Source: Hyphomicrobiales bacterium (lineage in GTDB: Bacteria > Pseudomonadota > Alphaproteobacteria > Rhizobiales > Aestuariivirgaceae). Taken from it: a stretch of DNA of 64,000 bases. The notes under the pieces were generated by a model, which did no database searches, had not been told where the DNA came from, and was given only the letters and a program-made list of their open reading frames with translations. The position numbers and the translations under genes were made by a program. Within the stretch, counting starts at the first letter, position 1; each line of letters begins with the position of its first letter. The stretch lies in assembly GCA_031430795.1 (NCBI GenBank), contig JANPCE010000057.1, forward strand, positions 22,643 to 86,642, written 5' to 3'. Positions 16,600 through 25,200 of this stretch are shown piece after piece.

Positions 16600-17259
16600 A
16601 TGATCAAAGCTGCCTACAAGGCGTTGGGCGATATCACCGCGCCGGACTTCCGTTCCATCCTGTTCAAGGCCATTGGCCTTGCGCTGGTGTTGTTCGTCGC
16701 ACTTTTTGCTGGCGTGCAGTCCGTGTTCTGGTTTCTTACGTTTTTTCCCTATCCGTGGCTGGAAACGCTTGCCGCCATCGGTGCGGGGCTTGGACTGCTG
16801 GTTGCGTTCTTCTTCCTGATGGCACCGGTGACAGCGATTTTCGCCGGCCTCTACATTGACGAGGTGGCAGATAAAGTGGAGGCAAAGCACTATGCGCTGC
16901 ACCCCAAGGGCACCGCACTTCCCATGGTCAAATCATTGCTGGTCTCCGTTCAGTTTGGTTTACTGGTGCTGTTCATCAACATCCTGGCGCTGCCGCTGGT
17001 GTTCACGGGTGTTGGTGCCATCATTCTGATCGTCATCAACGCCTATTTGCTGTCGCGGGAATATTTTGAAATGGCGGCGATGCGCCACATGAGTGTGGAC
17101 GATGCAAAAGCTTTTCGGCAGGACAACGCTGCTTCGGTTTTTGTGGCAGGTCTGCTTCCGGCGTTTATGGCGGTCGTGCCAATTGTGAATCTCACCGTGC
17201 CTATTTTCGCAACAGCCTACTTCGTGCATCTGTTCAAGGCGCTGAAGTCTTCGGGCTGA
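16600..17259 (+). CDS. EI24/CysZ-family inner-membrane protein.
   Basis: 219 aa, about four TM segments, with an N-terminus (MIKAAYKALGDITAPDFRSILFKAIG) typical of this family in alphaproteobacteria as I remember it. Confidence 0.5.
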   Translation: MIKAAYKALGDITAPDFRSILFKAIGLALVLFVALFAGVQSVFWFLTFFPYPWLETLAAIGAGLGLLVAFFFLMAPVTAIFAGLYIDEVADKVEAKHYALHPKGTALPMVKSLLVSVQFGLLVLFINILALPLVFTGVGAIILIVINAYLLSREYFEMAAMRHMSVDDAKAFRQDNAASVFVAGLLPAFMAVVPIVNLTVPIFATAYFVHLFKALKSSG

Positions 17260-17914
17260 AGGGGCAGAGATCAGCGATGGTGCAACGCCAGCATTCAGGT
17301 TTGCGTGCCTTGCAAATGTAGCGGCCGTGCAAGATCAGCCAGTGGTGCGCGTGTTGTTTGAAATGATCGGGAATGGTTTTGAGCAAACCCTTCTCAACGT
17401 CCAGCGGCGTTTTTCCCGGAGCCAGTTTGAGGCGATTGCCGAGACGGAACAGATGTGTGTCCACGGCGATCGTCGGCTCGCCAAAGACATGGTTCAAAAC
17501 CACGTTCGCGGTTTTCCGGCCCACACCCGGCAGCGCTTCCAGCGCATCGCGGGTCTGCGGCACTTCGCTGCCGTGGCGTTCAATCAACAGCCTGCAAAGC
17601 GCTGTCACATTTTTGGCTTTTGAATTGAACAGACCAATGGTCTTGATCGCTTCGCGCAAACCGTCTTCGCCAAAGGCAAGCATACTCTCTGGTGTTGATG
17701 CTTTCGCAAAAAGTGGTTTCGTCGCCTTGTTCACACTTTCGTCTGTCGCTTGCGCCGAAAGCGCCACAGCCACCAGAAACGTGAAGGCATTGACAGAATG
17801 AAGCTCGCCCTTGGGTTCCGGATTGATGCGGTGAAAACGCGAAAAAATCTCTTCAACCGTCGCTTGCGGCAATCTGCGCAGGCCTGGTTTTCGTTTCTGT
17901 CTTGATTGATCCAT
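17234..17914 (-). CDS. nth: Endonuclease III.
   Basis: HhH-GPD (LPGVGRKTANVVLN) and a C-terminal 4Fe-4S cluster (CKARKPECWRCTIADLC). The start was moved to the ATG at 17914. Confidence 0.93.
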   Translation of the reverse strand: MDQSRQKRKPGLRRLPQATVEEIFSRFHRINPEPKGELHSVNAFTFLVAVALSAQATDESVNKATKPLFAKASTPESMLAFGEDGLREAIKTIGLFNSKAKNVTALCRLLIERHGSEVPQTRDALEALPGVGRKTANVVLNHVFGEPTIAVDTHLFRLGNRLKLAPGKTPLDVEKGLLKTIPDHFKQHAHHWLILHGRYICKARKPECWRCTIADLCPFSPKTSAP

Positions 17915-18413
17915 GCAAACACTTTGTGATGAAGCGATGACTGATATGCAAGAGCCAAAACCGGATTGGGCCGTGACACTGCGCCCCAACCGCTCCATGA
18001 CGCGGGAGGGCGTGGTCGCACTGATTGCGATTGTTGCCGCGCTCAATCTTTCGGCGGCCCTTGTGTTTCTGGTGGCTGGCGCATGGCCAATCCTTGGGTT
18101 TCTGGGATTGGATGTGGCCATCATCTGGTGGGCGTTGCGAAAGAATTGGGCGGATGGCGAGCGCTATGAACAAATCCAAGTGCATGGCGATGAACTGACG
18201 TTGAGGCGGTTTCCTGCCGCGGGTGCCGCAAAGGAGATGCGTTTCAACAGGCGGTGGCTCCGCGTTGACCTGGAATGGGATGAACCACGGGAATTGGTGG
18301 GGCGCTTGTTTTTGAAATACCGGGATGAGCGTTTTGAAGTGGGTTCGTTTTTGGGTGCGGATGACCGGAAATCTTTGGCGAAGGCGCTCAGAGGAATTCT
18401 TTCCCCGCCTTAA
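17913..18413 (+). CDS. DUF2244-like small membrane protein.
   Basis: LRPNRSMTREG is followed by two TM helices and a soluble tail. The start is uncertain: 17913, or the in-frame ATGs at 17937 or 17946. Confidence 0.5.
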   Translation: MQTLCDEAMTDMQEPKPDWAVTLRPNRSMTREGVVALIAIVAALNLSAALVFLVAGAWPILGFLGLDVAIIWWALRKNWADGERYEQIQVHGDELTLRRFPAAGAAKEMRFNRRWLRVDLEWDEPRELVGRLFLKYRDERFEVGSFLGADDRKSLAKALRGILSPP

Positions 18414-18513
18414 GAGCGGCTCCAGGTTGGTTTGAAGCATCATTTGAAAAAATCGTTGCCCGCTTCATGCCTGCAAGATTCACACATATTTTGTGTTGCC
18501 AAATGCAGCAGGG

Positions 18514-18674
18514 CCATCGCTTGAGGCCAAGGGACCTCTCCCCCGGCTTCGCCGTACCCTCCCCAGAGGGGAGGGACTCGTGGTGCGGGTACCCTGAACA
18601 GTAAAACGGGAAGTCGTTGCAAGAGGTCCCTCTCCCCTTCGGAGAGGGTGCCCGAAGGGCGGGAGAGGTCCCTT
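18514..18674. repeat. MITE-like element, copy 2 (core inverted relative to copy 1; distal terminal repeat truncated).
   Basis: It aligns by eye along its length to the reverse complement of 16356-16531, for example ATCGCTTGAgGCCAAGGGACCTCTCCCCCGGCTTCGCCGTACCCTCCCCAG. Confidence 0.8.
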
Positions 18675-18773
18675 TGTCGCCATATGCGATAGTCCCCCCT
18701 AGCGGAGCGGGAAAAAGAATCTTCAATCAAGTTTCGGGTGGCTTGAAGTGGCAAACCGAAATAGTTTCCCTTC

Positions 18774-19619
18774 ATGAAACACACTTCCCCCCTCGATGAT
18801 TATGCCACCGTGCGCGAGATCATTGCGCACCTCACGGACCATTGGCGCGATCAGCCATCGCTTGAAACACTTTCCCAAAAAATGCGGATGAGCCCTGAAC
18901 ATTTGCAGAGACTGTTCACGCGGTGGGCCGGGTTGTCACCGAAAGCGTTTATTCAAGCGATCACGCTTGACCATGCCAAGGTCATGCTGAAAGATGAAGC
19001 GAGTGTTTTGGATACGGCCCTGGATGTTGGCTTGTCTGGTCCCGGACGTTTGCATGATTTGTTTGTGACGCATGAAGGCATGTCTCCCGGTGCCTATAAA
19101 TCCAAGGGTGAAGGCTTGACGATTTTCCATGGCTTTCATCCCTCGCCGTTTGGGTTGGCGCTGGTGATGGTCACAGCTTTTGGATTGTGTGGTTTGGCGT
19201 TTGCGGATCAGGGTGAAGAGCAGAAGGCGCTGGCTGACATGACGTCGCGCTGGCCGCGGGCAATTTTTGTGGAAGACTCTGCGCGCACCGCAACCCATGC
19301 CGCGCAGATTTTCGCGCAACCCAATTTCAAGCCAGACCAGCCGCTGCGCATCACGTTTATTGGAACGGACTTTGAAATTCGGGTGTGGGAAACACTGTTG
19401 AAAATTCCGGCGGGCAAGGCCACGACCTATTCAACGATTGCCGGTCACATCGGTTCACCAAAGGCAGCGCGTGCCGTGGGTGCGGCTGTTGGCAGAAATC
19501 CGATTTCATTTGTGGTGCCGTGTCACCGTGTGCTTGGAAAAAGTGGCGCGCTCACGGGGTATCACTGGGGGTTGACCCGTAAGCGCGCCATGTTGGGCTG
19601 GGAGTGTGGGAGGGTGTAG
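18774..19619 (+). CDS. AraC-type HTH fused to methylated-DNA-protein-cysteine methyltransferase (Ada/Ogt-like).
   Basis: N-terminal AraC HTH (LETLSQKMRMSPEHLQRLFTRWAGLSPKAF) and a C-terminal MGMT active site (VPCHRV). No N-terminal Cys4 Ada domain. Confidence 0.85.
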   Translation: MKHTSPLDDYATVREIIAHLTDHWRDQPSLETLSQKMRMSPEHLQRLFTRWAGLSPKAFIQAITLDHAKVMLKDEASVLDTALDVGLSGPGRLHDLFVTHEGMSPGAYKSKGEGLTIFHGFHPSPFGLALVMVTAFGLCGLAFADQGEEQKALADMTSRWPRAIFVEDSARTATHAAQIFAQPNFKPDQPLRITFIGTDFEIRVWETLLKIPAGKATTYSTIAGHIGSPKAARAVGAAVGRNPISFVVPCHRVLGKSGALTGYHWGLTRKRAMLGWECGRV

Positions 19620-21248
19620 TTACTCTGCAGCCAGCCGCATGGGTTGCGCCAGGCCTGCGTCGATCAGTGATTCAGACCCGACACCAAATTTTTCGAAATT
19701 CCGGATGAAGCGCTGGACCAAGCTCCCGGCAGCCGCATCATAGGCGTTGACATCCGCCCAAGACTTGCGGGGATCAAGTTTACTGTGTTCAATGCCCGGT
19801 AGCGCCATCGGAACGGCAAAGCCGAAGTTGTGGTCCGTGCGCACCGCGACGGTTTCAATTTCACCCGCCAGTACCGCCGCAAGCACAGCACGCGTAAAGG
19901 CCAGAGGCATGCGTTGGCCAACGCCCACGCCACCGCCACTCCAGCCCGTGTTGAGCAAATAGCATGGGACGTTGTGCTTGCGCATGCGCTCGCGCAGCAT
20001 GTTGGCGTAAACAGTGGGATGACGCGTGAGAAAGGGTGCGCCGAAACAGGCTGAGAATGTGGCCAGCGGTTCGGTAACGCCACGTTCGGTGCCGGCCACT
20101 TTTGCGGTGTAGCCCGACATGAAGTGGAAGACAGCTTGATCTGGCGTCAACCGCGCAACAGGCGGAAGCACGCCGAACGCATCACAGGTCAACATGATGA
20201 TGGCCTTGGGATGCTGGGCCATCCCTGAAGTCGATGCGTTGGCAATGGCGTCGAGTGGATAGGCGATGCGGGTGTTTTCTGTTTTCGAGCCGTCACTGAA
20301 ATCCGGCAGGCGCGTTTCCGGATTGATGGTGACGTTTTCCAGAACCGTGCCGAAACGGTGGGACGCCGCGAAAATCTCCGGTTCTTTTTCCGCCGAGAGA
20401 TTGATGGCCTTGGCGTAGCAGCCGCCTTCGAAATTGAAGACGCCGCGTTCAGACCAACCGTGCTCATCGTCACCGATGAGGCTGCGTTTTGCGTCGGTCG
20501 AGAGCGTGGTTTTTCCGGTGCCGGAAAGGCCGAAGAAAATCGCCGTGTCGCCTTTTCCGCCAACATTGGCAGAGCAATGCATCGGCAGCACATTTTGATC
20601 CGGCAGCAGATGATTGAGAACGGTGAAAACAGATTTCTTGATTTCTCCAGCATAGTGTGTGCCACCGATGAGAACGATACCGGCTTTCAAGTCCATGGCG
20701 ATGACGGTTTCGCTGCGCGTGTTGTGGCGCACAGGATCGGCGCGGAAGGACGGCAGGCAAATGATGTGGAGCTTCGGTGCGGCGTCACCAACTGGCTTTC
20801 GGAGCAAGTGACGGATGAAGAGGGCCTGCCAGGCATGCTCGGTGATGACACGCACGGGAAGCGCGTGTTGTGGATCAGCACCGCCGACAAGATCTTGCAC
20901 GAAGAGAGACTTCATGCGGGCGTGCAGCAGCATATCGACGCGGAGTTTTTCAAAGTCTTGTTGCGACATCGCCGCCGCGTTGTCCCACCAGACGGTGCCT
21001 TCGGAGGCCGCGTTGCGGACGATGAATTTGTCTTTTGGGCTGCGGCCTGTGTGGGCACCAGTCGAAACCGCGAGTGCGCCCGTTGCTGTGATGGTGCCTT
21101 CCTCGCGGTCAACAGCGACTTGAAACAGTTCCGCCTCGTTTGCGTTCCAAGACACGCAATTGGCCCATCGCAAACCAAATTTGGCGAGCTGGGCCCGGAT
21201 CATCTGCTCTTCAAGTTCGACTTCCGTAAGTTTGTGAATGGCGTTCAT
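19620..21248 (-). CDS. pckA: Phosphoenolpyruvate carboxykinase (ATP).
   Basis: GRSPKDKF, the kinase-1a motif [11 protein letters not shown] and LIGDDEHGW. The start was moved to the ATG at 21248. Confidence 0.96.
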   Translation of the reverse strand: MNAIHKLTEVELEEQMIRAQLAKFGLRWANCVSWNANEAELFQVAVDREEGTITATGALAVSTGAHTGRSPKDKFIVRNAASEGTVWWDNAAAMSQQDFEKLRVDMLLHARMKSLFVQDLVGGADPQHALPVRVITEHAWQALFIRHLLRKPVGDAAPKLHIICLPSFRADPVRHNTRSETVIAMDLKAGIVLIGGTHYAGEIKKSVFTVLNHLLPDQNVLPMHCSANVGGKGDTAIFFGLSGTGKTTLSTDAKRSLIGDDEHGWSERGVFNFEGGCYAKAINLSAEKEPEIFAASHRFGTVLENVTINPETRLPDFSDGSKTENTRIAYPLDAIANASTSGMAQHPKAIIMLTCDAFGVLPPVARLTPDQAVFHFMSGYTAKVAGTERGVTEPLATFSACFGAPFLTRHPTVYANMLRERMRKHNVPCYLLNTGWSGGGVGVGQRMPLAFTRAVLAAVLAGEIETVAVRTDHNFGFAVPMALPGIEHSKLDPRKSWADVNAYDAAAGSLVQRFIRNFEKFGVGSESLIDAGLAQPMRLAAE

Positions 21249-21293
21249 GGTGTTTCTCCCGCTGACAGAAATCAAATCTGGCGGAAGCAATGA

Positions 21294-21329
21294 TTGATGT
21301 AAAGATGTATTTACATCAATGGTTGATGT
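21294..21329. promoter_or_regulatory. Array of GATGT/ACATC pentamers including a 10-6-10 inverted repeat, upstream of pckA.
   Basis: The plus strand reads TTGATGTAAAgatgtaTTTACATCAA (21294-21319), and there is a further GATGT at 21325-21329. The patch is AT-rich and 46-80 nt upstream of the pckA ATG. Confidence 0.45.
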
Positions 21330-21367
21330 TATCGCACATTATTTTCTGATGGATTAACGTCTTACAC

Positions 21368-22393
21368 TCAAGGGGTTGGCGCACGGGGGTCTATCAGACC
21401 TTCTGCTTTCAAGTCTTTCCAGAGTATTTTGGGAATTTTGGTGGCAAGGGTTTTGATGTTGAGCGCCACTTGTTGCGGCGAAACTGCCCCCGGAATGATC
21501 GACACCACTGATGGATGCGCCATCGGGAAACGCAATGCGGCTTGCGGCAACTTCACTTTGTGATGTTTGCAAACGGCTTCGATCCGCGCGACGCGGGCCA
21601 TCACGCCTTTGGGTGCGGGGCTGTAGTTGTACATCGCCCCTTTCACGGCTCCCGTGGCGAGAATGCCGGAATTATAGGTTCCGCCGAGGACAAGGCCGAT
21701 GCCGCGTTTCTCGCAGAGCGGCAGGAAGGAATTGAGCGGTGCTTCCTGTTCCAGCAAAGTGTAGCGCCCCGCCAGCAGAAAGAGGTCGAAATCACCCTGC
21801 TCTGCCATGGTCTGGCAGGCCTGCCATTCATTGACGCCAGCCCCAAAGGCCTTGATGACTTTTTCATCGCGCAGTTTCACCAGCGCCTTGTAGCCGGAAG
21901 ACATCATGGTTTTGAGATGAATGTCGCGCGCGGCTTCGGAGCCATGGGTGAAGACATCGCAATCATGCACAAACAGCACATCAATGGAATCGACGCCCAA
22001 GCGTTCAAGTGAAAACTCGATGGAGCGCATGAAGCCGTCGTAGGTATAGTCGAAACGTTCCTTGCGGGAAGGCGTGTTGAAGAATTTGCCGATGGCTGTG
22101 CGGTCCTTGGGCGCGCAGACATCCATGAGCCGCCCAACTTTGGTGGAGAGCACATAGTCCCCGCGTTTCTTGCCGCGCAGGAAACGGTTCAAGCGGGTTT
22201 CAGAGAGGCCAAGGCCGTAGAGGGGGGCGGTGTCAAAATAGCGGAGACCAGCCTCCCACGCCGCCTCCAACGTCGCGTCGGCGTCCTTGTCAGAAACGGG
22301 CTTGAAAAGATTACCCAAAGGGGCGGTGCCGAAACCGAGTTCCGTGAAACGAAGACTTGCTCCCGATGGGGCCTTGAAGTGCCGCTTTTTCAT
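21368..22393 (-). CDS. Aldo/keto reductase (aldose or L-fucose dehydrogenase-like).
   Basis: 341 aa with LGFGTAPLGN, YFDTAPLYG and FVHDCD, in AKR order. The start was moved to the ATG at 22393. Confidence 0.85.
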   Translation of the reverse strand: MKKRHFKAPSGASLRFTELGFGTAPLGNLFKPVSDKDADATLEAAWEAGLRYFDTAPLYGLGLSETRLNRFLRGKKRGDYVLSTKVGRLMDVCAPKDRTAIGKFFNTPSRKERFDYTYDGFMRSIEFSLERLGVDSIDVLFVHDCDVFTHGSEAARDIHLKTMMSSGYKALVKLRDEKVIKAFGAGVNEWQACQTMAEQGDFDLFLLAGRYTLLEQEAPLNSFLPLCEKRGIGLVLGGTYNSGILATGAVKGAMYNYSPAPKGVMARVARIEAVCKHHKVKLPQAALRFPMAHPSVVSIIPGAVSPQQVALNIKTLATKIPKILWKDLKAEGLIDPRAPTP

Positions 22394-22457
22394 TTTGTTT
22401 TTCCCAATTGTTCTGTGCCTGCGAAACTGTCTGTTGTTTATCTCTGATGAACACTCT

Positions 22458-22477
22458 AAAACTGATATATCAGTTTT
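22458..22477. promoter_or_regulatory. Perfect 20-bp palindrome AAAACTGATATATCAGTTTT in the divergent AKR/UxaA control region; candidate operator.
   Basis: Read directly from the sequence: the reverse complement of AAAACTGATA is TATCAGTTTT. It ends 4 nt before the ATG at 22482. Confidence 0.6.
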
Positions 22478-22481
22478 GGCA

Positions 22482-24050
22482 ATGACCATGAGGTCCCTTT
22501 CGATGCAAGCCCCTGTTCACAGCACCAACACCACGCGACCGCCCACGATCAGGTTGCATGGGCAAGACAATGTATTGGTGTCCACGCGCATCATTGAAAA
22601 AGGTGAAGCTGTGACCGAGGGCCTGGCCACGGCTGCAAAAATCATGCGTGGCCACAAAATGGCGTCGCGGAAAATTGCAGCCAATGAGCCGATCCGCAAA
22701 TTTGGCCAGATCATTGGCTTTGCCAAATCCGACATCAGTGTTGGCGAATGGGTGCATGAGCACAATGTTGTCATGGGCGAGTTGGCGCATGACTATGCTT
22801 TTGCCCAGGCCGCGAAGCACGAACAACTGTTGCCTGAAGCTGAGCGCGCGACATTTGAGGGCTATCGCCGCAAGCATGGCAAAGTGGGCACACGCAACTA
22901 CATCGGCATCATGACGTCGGTGAATTGTTCCGCAACAGTGGCCACACACATTGCCAAGGAAGTTGAAAAGCAGGGCCTGCTCAAGGATTATCCCAACATT
23001 GATGGCGTGGTGGCACTGCGGCAGGACAATGGCTGCGTCATCGATTATCGCGGCGTGATCTTTGATACCTTCAAGCGCACGGCCTGGGGCTATGCCACCA
23101 ACCCCAACATGGGTGGTGTGATGATGGTAGGGCTGGGCTGTGAAGGTTTCCAAATCCCACGCTTCAAGGAAGCGTACAAGGTCGAAGAGAACGATTTGTT
23201 CCGTACAATGACGATTCAGGAAACGGGTGGCACACGCAAGACCGTGGACAAGGGTCTGGAGTATGTGAAGGAGATGCTCAAGTCCGTGAACAACGTGAAG
23301 CGGGAACCGTGCCCTGCATCAGACCTCATCCTCGCTTTGCAGTGCGGCGGTTCCGATGGCTACTCCGGCATCACGGCCAATCCGGCACTTGGCGCTGCTG
23401 TTGATATTCTGGTGAGACATGGCGGCACAGCCATACTTTCTGAAACACCGGAGATTTATGGTGCGGAACATTTGCTGACACGGCGTGCTGCCACCAAGGA
23501 AGTGGGCGAAAAACTTGTGGGCATCATCAAGTGGTGGGAAGACTACACGCGCCGCAACAACATGGAGATGAACAACAACCCCTCACCCGGCAACAAGCTC
23601 GGCGGTCTCACCACCATTCTTGAAAAGTCACTGGGTGCGGCAGCCAAGGGCGGCACCACCACGCTGCAAGCGGTTTACAATTATGCGGAACCCGTGACCG
23701 CCAAGGGCTTCGTGTTCATGGACACGCCAGGCTATGATCCTGTGGGCGCCACGGGCCAGGTGGCAGGTGGTGCAAACGTCATGTGCTTCACAACAGGGCG
23801 GGGCTCCGCCTATGGCAACAAGCCCTGCCCTTCCATCAAACTCGCCACCAACACGCCGATCTACAACCAGATGATTGAGGACATGGACATCAACTGCGGT
23901 GACATCATTGACGGAGTGCCGCTGGAAAAAAAGGGCGAGGAGATTTTTGAACTGATTTTAAAGACAGCGTCCGGGCAGCAGACGAAGTCAGAAGAACTGG
24001 GCTACGGTGAGAACGAATACGTTCCGTGGTACATCGGGGCGGTGATGTGA
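22482..24050 (+). CDS. UxaA-family sugar-acid dehydratase (altronate/galactarate dehydratase-like).
   Basis: N-terminal SAF-type domain (IRLHGQDNVLVSTRIIEKGEAV), then GYRRKHGKVGTRNYIGI, LQCGGSDGYSGITANP and a typical C-terminus. The start is uncertain (22482, 22488 or 22503). Confidence 0.85.
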   Translation: MTMRSLSMQAPVHSTNTTRPPTIRLHGQDNVLVSTRIIEKGEAVTEGLATAAKIMRGHKMASRKIAANEPIRKFGQIIGFAKSDISVGEWVHEHNVVMGELAHDYAFAQAAKHEQLLPEAERATFEGYRRKHGKVGTRNYIGIMTSVNCSATVATHIAKEVEKQGLLKDYPNIDGVVALRQDNGCVIDYRGVIFDTFKRTAWGYATNPNMGGVMMVGLGCEGFQIPRFKEAYKVEENDLFRTMTIQETGGTRKTVDKGLEYVKEMLKSVNNVKREPCPASDLILALQCGGSDGYSGITANPALGAAVDILVRHGGTAILSETPEIYGAEHLLTRRAATKEVGEKLVGIIKWWEDYTRRNNMEMNNNPSPGNKLGGLTTILEKSLGAAAKGGTTTLQAVYNYAEPVTAKGFVFMDTPGYDPVGATGQVAGGANVMCFTTGRGSAYGNKPCPSIKLATNTPIYNQMIEDMDINCGDIIDGVPLEKKGEEIFELILKTASGQQTKSEELGYGENEYVPWYIGAVM

Positions 24051-24121
24051 GTGCTGTCGGGATTGCTTTGAGCAATGGGGCCAACTAAGGCTTCTCGTCC
24101 ACATTCAACCCGGGTTTTACC

Positions 24122-25057
24122 TTGTCACGCCATCTCCATACGCGCAACGACCAATCAACTCTTGAGCGGCTCAAACGGCTGGTGTCTTCGCGCGGCGGGC
24201 TGGCAAAGGCGGCGGCTGAACTTTCGGAAGAAGCATTCGTCCGGGCCATGCTGCGAAAACCCTTGCGCCGTGCGGTCGCCACCTTGCGCGGACAGCAGCA
24301 ACCAGAGACCTGGCTTTTCGTGGTGGGTTGCTACAATTCAGGCACGACGATCTTGCGCAACATGATTGCAGCTCATCCCGAGATTGCCAGCATGCCGCGC
24401 GAAGGTGTGCGATTTGCGCGTCAACTTTCAGACCTGCAAGAGGGCGGCCACCACATGCATTGGGCCGAGAACTGGAAGGAGCTTGCCACCCCTGCCAATG
24501 GTGCTGCGGATGCACACGAAGCCATGCTTGACTGGAGTCCTTTCTGGCAGCGCGGTGCCAAGGTTCATGTCGAAAAATCCGTGGCTCATACAGCGCGCAT
24601 CCCTTGGCTGGCGGCGCATTTTCCCAATGCGCGTTTCATCGGCATTCACCGCAATGGGTATTGCGTGTCGGAAGGTTTGCGGCGGCGTTCGCGCCCGCCG
24701 GATTGGCTGAAGGCCAAGACCGGGCTTGACCACTATCCGCTCGAGATGTCGGCGCAACAATGGCTTGATGCCAACACCGCCATGTTGACCGGGCTTGAAG
24801 CCGTGCAACACAAAATGATTGTGCCCTTCCAACACATGGTGACAAACCCTGCTGAGGTTTTGGCCGAGGCTTTTGCCTTTGCAGGAGCAGCACCCCTGCC
24901 GCTGTCTTTTGACGGTGCCCACATCGCCATCGGTGGCAAGCCCCACGAAATCCGCAACCCTGATCCTGCCAGCCTGAAGCGGCTTTCAAATGATGACAAG
25001 GCGCTGCTGCGATCACAGCTGGGGGGCATGATGGCGCGGCTGGGTTATAATGTTTAA
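24122..25057 (+). CDS. Sulfotransferase (Sulfotransfer_3-like).
   Basis: PAPS 5-prime-phosphosulfate loop VVGCYNSGTTIL and a later VEKSVAH..ARFIGIHRNG. The start is uncertain (TTG 24122 or ATG 24248). Confidence 0.65.
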   Translation: MSRHLHTRNDQSTLERLKRLVSSRGGLAKAAAELSEEAFVRAMLRKPLRRAVATLRGQQQPETWLFVVGCYNSGTTILRNMIAAHPEIASMPREGVRFARQLSDLQEGGHHMHWAENWKELATPANGAADAHEAMLDWSPFWQRGAKVHVEKSVAHTARIPWLAAHFPNARFIGIHRNGYCVSEGLRRRSRPPDWLKAKTGLDHYPLEMSAQQWLDANTAMLTGLEAVQHKMIVPFQHMVTNPAEVLAEAFAFAGAAPLPLSFDGAHIAIGGKPHEIRNPDPASLKRLSNDDKALLRSQLGGMMARLGYNV

Positions 25058-25200
25058 GAGCAGTTGCATGTCTGCATCCGCTTTTGCAACACAGTATTTC
25101 ACGATGCAATTAAAGGCGTTTGATTGCGTTCGGGACTTCCGTTATGGGTCTTGCCGTTCAGAGCCAAGGCTTGCCGTGGCACGAACCTTGGGAACAAAAA

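Noticed and set aside
16329-16902. The N-terminal extension of the kinase ORF (to 16439) and the ORF at 16441-16902 on the minus strand.
   Set aside because: Both translate the palindromic MITE-like element (GERSLGFKRLP.. type peptides). The kinase has a proper ATG at 16328, at the family-typical N-terminus. The ORF at 16441-16902 is antisense to the cysZ-like gene.
18388-18799. ORFs at 18388-18726 (-), 18440-18784 (-), 18480-18683 (-) and 18617-18799 (+).
   Set aside because: All of them are read across copy 2 of the repeat element. The same peptide strings appear in the spurious ORFs over copy 1, so they reflect repeat sequence and not coding sequence.
22287-22481. A 65-codon N-terminal extension of the UxaA-family ORF.
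   Set aside because: It overlaps the 5-prime end of the divergent AKR gene and runs through the 20-bp palindrome. The recognisable SAF/UxaA homology starts only after the ATG cluster at 22482-22503.
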